Positions 56,791-64,000 of a DNA stretch of 64,000 nucleotides are shown piece by piece (within the stretch, counting starts at the first letter, position 1; the number at the start of each line of letters is the position of its first letter). Origin of the DNA: Eledone cirrhosa (taxonomy: Eukaryota). A program made the position numbers and the translations under genes. The stretch is from contig OZ024759.1 in NCBI GenBank assembly GCA_964016885.1, positions 36,766,001 through 36,830,000 of the forward strand, written 5' to 3'. The notes beneath the pieces were generated by a model. That model made no database searches. It was not told the DNA's origin and was given only the letters and a program-made list of their open reading frames with translations.

Positions 56791-57299
56791 TGAGAGAGAG
56801 GCATATTTGTAATATGGCGGCAAACCCCCAAACGGAAGCAAAAGAGAAAGGAGATATAACAATAATAATAATAATAATAATAATAATAGTAATGATAATA
56901 ATAGAAATAAAGGAAATATATATGTATATTATTAGAATTATTTGTTATATACGCCTTCCTGCTTTGAAAAAAAAAACCTTTCGTATCATCTTACATATTT
57001 TCTGACCTGCGGCAATGTGTGAGATGAAGTGAATTGAATGAGAGGAGGGACAGCCCCGGGGGAATTAGATCCAAGTTAATAAAAAACTAACAAAAAAAAA
57101 ATGATGGCGGTGAAATTAGTTGGAGAGAGTATAACAATGTGTATGTTTGTTTGTATTTTTCTTGTTGTTGTTGTTTCTTTATTTTTGTTTTGTTTTTGTT
57201 GTTACTCTATTTAGTGTTGGGTAACATTTCTTTTCTTTATCCCAACCACTAATATATCGTCTGCTTCAAATGCCACTTTATATATAGCTTTCATACAAA

Positions 57300-57565
57300 G
57301 ATGAATGTACCTCATCTAAAAAATGTACCTCAACAAAACATGTACCTAACCTAAAAGTGTACCTAGTCTGAAAATGTATCTCATCTAAAAACGTACCGCA
57401 ATTAAAAGTGTACCTCACCTTAAAGTGTACCTAACCTTAAAATGTACCTAACCTTAAAATGTACCTAACCTTAAAATGTACCTCACCTTAAAATGTAGCT
57501 AACCTTAAAATGTAGCTAACCTTAAAATATACCTCACCTTAAAATGTACCTCACCTAAAAATGCA
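57300..57565. repeat. 17-bp minisatellite (AAAATGTACCTAACCTT)n
   Basis: GTACC at 57427, 57444 and 57461; about 15 degenerate copies. Confidence 0.92.
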
Positions 57566-57648
57566 TCTTAACTACGACTGTATTAGATTTTTCTCGTCTA
57601 ACTTCTGTTTTATGCCATGTTTTATAAAATCCGTTCGTTGTATATATG

Positions 57649-57679
<31 letters not shown>

Positions 57680-57837
57680 GTATATATATATATAATAGAA
57701 AAAAAACGAACTTTCCTTTACATATAAAATATATTTATTGTGTATATATTATATACACTCTGCCTGTGCGTAGAGTGCTTGCCTCTGTATCAACAATCGT
57801 AGTTCACCGAAACACCTACACTATATGAGTATATCTA

Positions 57838-57879
<42 letters not shown>

Positions 57880-57989
57880 GGTGTGGGTGTGTGTGTGTGG
57901 ATAGATATATACACGTGTGTGTATCTTTATTGTATTATATATATGTGAAGTGATAACAATACGGGTATCAGTAACAATATAATATCACA

Positions 57990-58450
57990 TACAATAACAA
58001 CTTTAGAAACAACAGCAATAACATTAACGATAACAACTGTAATAACATCAACAATAATGACAACAACAACAACAACATTGACAAGAACAATACAACAGCA
58101 ATAACAACATTAACAGGAGCAAGTACAACAACAACAATTGTAATAGTGTTAAGGAGTCGGTAAACAATACAGACAACAACAACAACATGATATTCACAAC
58201 AATAACAACAACAACAACATGATGTCCACAACAACAACATGATATCCACAACAACAACAACAATAACATGATTCCCGCAACAACAACAACAACATGATAT
58301 CCACAACAACAACAACATGATATCCACAATAACAAAAATAACATGATGCCCACAACAACATGATATCCACAACAACAACAACAATAACATGATGCCCACG
58401 ACAACAACAACAACAACATGATATTCACAACAACAACAACAACAACAATA
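57990..58450. repeat. (CAA)n compound repeat with 'catgatatcca' interruptions
   Basis: Directly visible. Confidence 0.9.
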
Positions 58451-58816
58451 GGTTATACGTTGGATGTCAATTGCAAATAACTCATTGTTTAAAGACGTTT
58501 TAATAACGAGAACGTCAGTCACACTCAATACGATATTTCCGTTTCCGCTGTTGACAGGAAGTTATGAGATCAATAAGTCAATATATATGTGTATATACAT
58601 TCATAGAGAAACACGTGTATATGTGTGTATACATGTGTGTATATAAATACGGATTCACGTATTTGTGTATATATAGATATAAAATATATATATAATATAT
58701 ATACGTATATAATGTATATATATGTGTGTATATAATATATATTTCTATGTGTATATATATATGTGTGTGTGTGTGTAGATAAATATATATATATGTATTT
58801 ATATATATATATAGAT

Positions 58817-58879
<63 letters not shown>

Positions 58880-59014
58880 AATATATGTATATATACGTGC
58901 ACATAAAGATATATATATATAAATATATTCACACATACAAATAAACAGATATATACAAATATATATACATACACACACACACATATATATATATATACAT
59001 ATAGGCACAATACT

Positions 59015-59052
<38 letters not shown>

Positions 59053-59357
59053 TCTCTCTACATATACACACATACATTCACATACATACACACAGAGACA
59101 ATCCATGGTTATATAGACAAAGATGTATATAAAGATGGAAGTGATTCTAGAGTTCTATACGAACTGAGTAACCTTTCTTCCCTCCCACTCTATTAGTGGT
59201 TCACGCTTCAATAGCTACCATTGTCTTATAACAAACGTTTCGTCAACAACGACGGGATTTCTATGGCATTGCTATTAGTGACACAATCACTGATTTACTG
59301 TCTTATTGATCACACACACACTCACACACACACACATACACACACACACACATATTT

Positions 59358-59389
<32 letters not shown>

Positions 59390-59451
59390 AATGTGTGTGT
59401 GTGTATATGCGTGCTTGTGTCTGTATATATATGTGTTTGTGTGTATATATA

Positions 59452-59483
<32 letters not shown>

Positions 59484-59865
59484 GTGTGTGTGTGTGTACG
59501 TATATGTATATAGATTCGTGTGTATGTGTATGTATATGTGTCTGTGTATGTAGGTCTTTCCTCAAATAAAAAGCTTCAAAGCACAGGCATCGGTTGTTCA
59601 GGGTCTGTTACAGGTGTGAGACTGCCCGTAGCCTTAAAGTGTACCAAACTCTATAACCTGACAGTACTCTTAGCAGAGTTTGCAGTCATCATATATGTGT
59701 ATATATATGTATGTATATTTATGTATCTGTCTATATATATATATATATGTGTATATGTATATATGTATCTGTAAATATATATATATGTATATATATGTGT
59801 GTGTGTATGTGTATGTTTATATATATATAAATATGTATATATATATATATGTATCTGTGTATGTA

Positions 59866-59930
<65 letters not shown>

Positions 59931-59970
59931 AGGTGGTATGCCGAGTGAGTACTCGATGCTCGCATACTGA

Positions 59971-60060
59971 GGCATATCTGACGATCTTTCGATGCCAGAG
60001 TCACGTTCAATAATAGATCGTTCCTCGAGCCGATCGACAGTGAAACATATGTAATATGTT
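59971..60060 (+). ncRNA. Type I hammerhead ribozyme-like motif with intact core
   Basis: ggcatat-CTGACGA-(tctttcgat...atcgacagt)-GAAA-catatg-TA-atatgtt. Confidence 0.7.
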
Positions 60061-60112
60061 ATTAAACATGTTATGATGCAACACTAACTCTTTGTTCCTC
60101 CTATACTATTAC

Positions 60113-60146
<34 letters not shown>

Positions 60147-60151
60147 GTCTC

Positions 60152-60208
<57 letters not shown>

Positions 60209-60515
60209 GTATGTGTGTGTGTGTGTGTGTGTATACATATATATATGATGGAAAACGTAGTGATGACAGTGATGATGTCATTTCATCAGCTGGTGATAAT
60301 TATGAAAGCGACGACGACGACGACGACGATGATGGTGATGTGATGATGTGATGATAATGTGAATGGCAATAATATAAATGATGACGATGGTGATAATGAT
60401 TATGATAGTGATGATGATGACGATGGTGATGATGATGACGATGATGATGTCTATTATGTGATGACATCCAGCAATCCAGATACGCCTGAAGGTCAGATGA
60501 GATATAAACATATAC

Positions 60516-60558
<43 letters not shown>

Positions 60559-60588
60559 CATACATATATATATGTATATATGTATATG

Positions 60589-60627
<39 letters not shown>

Positions 60628-60630
60628 GTG

Positions 60631-60663
<33 letters not shown>

Positions 60664-60746
60664 GTATATGTGTATATATATATGTATATATATATATGTA
60701 TATATATATGTATATATATATGTATATATGTATATATATATATATG

Positions 60747-60778
<32 letters not shown>

Positions 60779-60813
60779 AATATATATATGTATATATATA
60801 TATATATATAAAT

Positions 60814-60846
<33 letters not shown>

Positions 60847-60917
60847 AATATATATATGTATATATATATATATATATAAATATATATATGTATACATATA
60901 TATATATATATATATAA

Positions 60918-60958
<41 letters not shown>

Positions 60959-61214
60959 CACATACACACAGAGATTAAAAAGCCACACATGTATATATAT
61001 ATATATTAACACAATACATACAGATAGAAAAACATATACACATACACTTCTACGCATAAGCTATAGAGACACACGTACACATAAACATAGCCATATTTAC
61101 ACTATATAAATAAACACATGCACACATACACTACATATACAGTCATACACACAGACAGAAAATACGCACATGCATGTATATATACATACATACACTATAC
61201 AGCCACATATGAAC

Positions 61215-61360
61215 ACATACACTACAAATACACCTGTACACATACATATATATACATACACTACAAATACACCTATACACATACATATATATACATACAC
61301 TACAAATACACCTATACACATACATATATATACATACACTACAAATACACCTATACATAT
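61215..61360. repeat. 39-bp minisatellite, about 4 copies
   Basis: 'actacaaat' at 61221, 61260, 61299 and 61338. Confidence 0.9.
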
Positions 61361-61698
61361 ATAGCTGTATACACACATACAACCACATATATATAGTTAG
61401 ACATCTAAACAGTGACATATAATTGGCGATGTTTTAACAATTGGACATGATTTAGTCTTTATTCTGGAAGAAAGGACACTGTACATTTGTCCCTATAAAG
61501 AATAGTATAAATACACACACATATATACACAGTTACATACATACACACACACATATATATACACACACATATATATAATGTATATATATATATATATATA
61601 TTGTGTGGTGGGTATGTAGAAGCTTAAACATTATATATGCATATATATATACGTATATATATATATATATATTACACATATGTCTATAAAGTTATGTA

Positions 61699-61753
<55 letters not shown>

Positions 61754-61817
61754 GTGTGTGTGTTTATGCGCGTGTCTATCTCTGTATCTATACATACATC
61801 TCGCTCTTTATATATAC

Positions 61818-61872
<55 letters not shown>

Positions 61873-61903
61873 AGATGATGACACATCCATACATACATGC
61901 ATG

Positions 61904-61962
<59 letters not shown>

Positions 61963-62301
61963 GTGTGTGTATGTGTATAAAAGGAAATACAAAATGGCGT
62001 CCAGATGAGCTTTGTGGTGAACGGGGAACAGGAAAATCATTTTTTGCATCATGGTGGTTTCTAGCATATGTTTGATTTCCCATGGGAGAAAATGACAGAT
62101 ATTATCTCGCTTGCACATTGAAAGGAGGGGGAGGTGGAGGAGGAGGAATTGGGCAGTAGTGAAAATGTTTCCGATCTTTAAAGAGGTCTGTGGGAGTACC
62201 CAGTTTAAGGGTCAAGCCCACACCTTTGTTACAACTCAACGTGTGTACAATGAGACGAAACGACCCGCACTATTGCACACACTCACACACACAAACACAC
62301 A

Positions 62302-62354
<53 letters not shown>

Positions 62355-62388
62355 ACACACACACACACACAGACACACACACAGACAC

Positions 62389-62435
<47 letters not shown>

Positions 62436-62837
62436 GACTTGCAGACTCACTCAAACATTGATATACATACGTTCCTATACACATTCATACATATACTGAC
62501 ATACTAACATATACACACACACATATATATATATGTATATATGTATATATATATACATATGTGTGTGTGTATATGTTAGTATGTATATATATATATATAT
62601 ATATATAGTGTGTGAGTGTATATATTCATATGGATGCATGTGTATATATATATATATATATATATACATATATGTTGTTTACATGAACATAATTTGTACA
62701 TATATATATTTATATATTCATATGGATGTATATATATATTTATATATATATAGATATATATATATATACAAAATATGTCCATATAAACGATATATATGTG
62801 AGTGTGTGTGTGTCTGTGTGTGTGTGTCTGTGTGTGT

Positions 62838-62884
<47 letters not shown>

Positions 62885-63352
62885 TGTATGTAGGTCGGTG
62901 TGTCCAATGCTAATGAAACGTTGATAATAAAAACAACAAAAAGAATTGAAAACAAAGGCTAATGAATATCGTTGGTTGACATTTTAGGATCACCTTATTG
63001 TAGCTTATACTGTTGTTGTTATTGTTCTAATCGTTAGCACTGTTGTTGTTCTTCTCGTTATTGTTGTTTCCTGGGTTTCAACGTTGCTGTTGTTGTCGCT
63101 ACTGTTGTTGCTTTTACCCACCCATCCGAGAGATGTGTTCGCTCAGCAGGATTTGAAAGCCATGAAACCTTTGATGATAGGGAATACAAAAACATATTGA
63201 AAGGAATGGAAAGGTCTTTGCTGATCCCATATAAATATAAATATATAGAATTGAGTTAGATCTGCTGCAGAGAAAGGCTTGAAAACAGACGTTTAGAGAG
63301 GCAGATAGATAAATAGACAAATATATATATATACATATATAAAACCAAAGAA

Positions 63353-63666
63353 TAATATGGTACATTGATTACTCAATGAATATAGTTTTACAATAGATTA
63401 AAAGCACTCTACAATACTGGAATTGAACCATCAAGACCGTTGAGATATGTCATACATCAATTCGTGTATTTTATCTGACGAGGACGTACTGAAAAAAAAA
63501 CAGCACAGTACCTTTAAAATATATATAATAAAACATATTTTGATTATGTGAATGTATCCATTTATTAATATTTTGAATAATATTAATAACTCAAGAAAAA
63601 ATAACTGTAGAGTGCTTTTAATCTATTGTAAAACTATATTCATTGAGTAATCAATGAACCATATTA
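63353..63666. mobile_element. Penelope-like remnant: 61-bp inverted repeats enclosing a decayed hammerhead motif
   Basis: 63353-63413 is the reverse complement of 63606-63666 (1 mismatch). CTGACGA core at 63475. Confidence 0.6.
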
Positions 63667-63670
63667 ATCT

Positions 63671-63701
<31 letters not shown>

Positions 63702-64000
63702 AAATGGCGTGCTGCGTGGTTGCAAATGGGTTAGATATGAATAAAATTAATCCTTCATCAGTGATCTTCCAGCCTTCATTGGTATTTCATCGCTTTAAAG
63801 ATCATATACCTCTGGTTGGTGCGAGCAACGGCTAAAGAAAGTCGTTGGGACACGTAAATACTCCAAAACTTGTTGAGTGCTTTATATCAGTTATAAAATA
63901 TTTACTTGTTGTAACCCAACAATTTTAAATAAAACTTTGCATATATATATATATATATATATATGATGTAGGAGGTGAGTTTTATTGTAGCACAATAAAG

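Noticed and set aside
60300-60487. Possible minus-strand His-rich exon after 'ccttcag'
   Set aside because: Mostly (GAT)n repeat, with no recognisable homology or partner exons.
63114-63365. Minus-strand ORF or exon candidate
   Set aside because: No recognisable motif in any frame, and it overlaps microsatellite.

Overview
Repeat-rich, AT-rich animal genomic DNA, most likely an octopus (coleoid cephalopod). That assignment is inferred from its SINE and RTE families and the very large (TA)n/(CA)n tracts. Region 1-21.5 kb holds the last 11 coding exons of a + strand USP16/USP45-family deubiquitinase: 767 codons plus stop, with all splice phases consistent; the Cys-box and ZnF-UBP exons were not found and presumably lie upstream. 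Its 10.1-kb intron (9531-19651) contains a 5'-truncated RTE LINE with an uninterrupted RT ORF carrying a PHD-like finger, a tail-to-tail inverted pair of its partner SINE, a 160-bp-arm palindrome and Penelope-like fragments. Region 22.5-51.2 kb is a composite satellite block: a 71/72-bp family with kb-scale higher-order repeats, a 21/30/41-bp family, several orientation switches and one solo-LTR-like insert, ending at a 200-N gap. Region 51.4-64 kb is microsatellite-dominated with small mobile-element islands. The most notable non-obvious signal is four different type I hammerhead-ribozyme-like motifs with palindromic helix III and long helix II, each in a unique island within (TA)n. A possible decayed HDV-like ribozyme sits at the 5' end of an RTE-like UTR. 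All RNA folds were read by eye and are not computed. Most ORFs in the supplied track are microsatellite or satellite artefacts.
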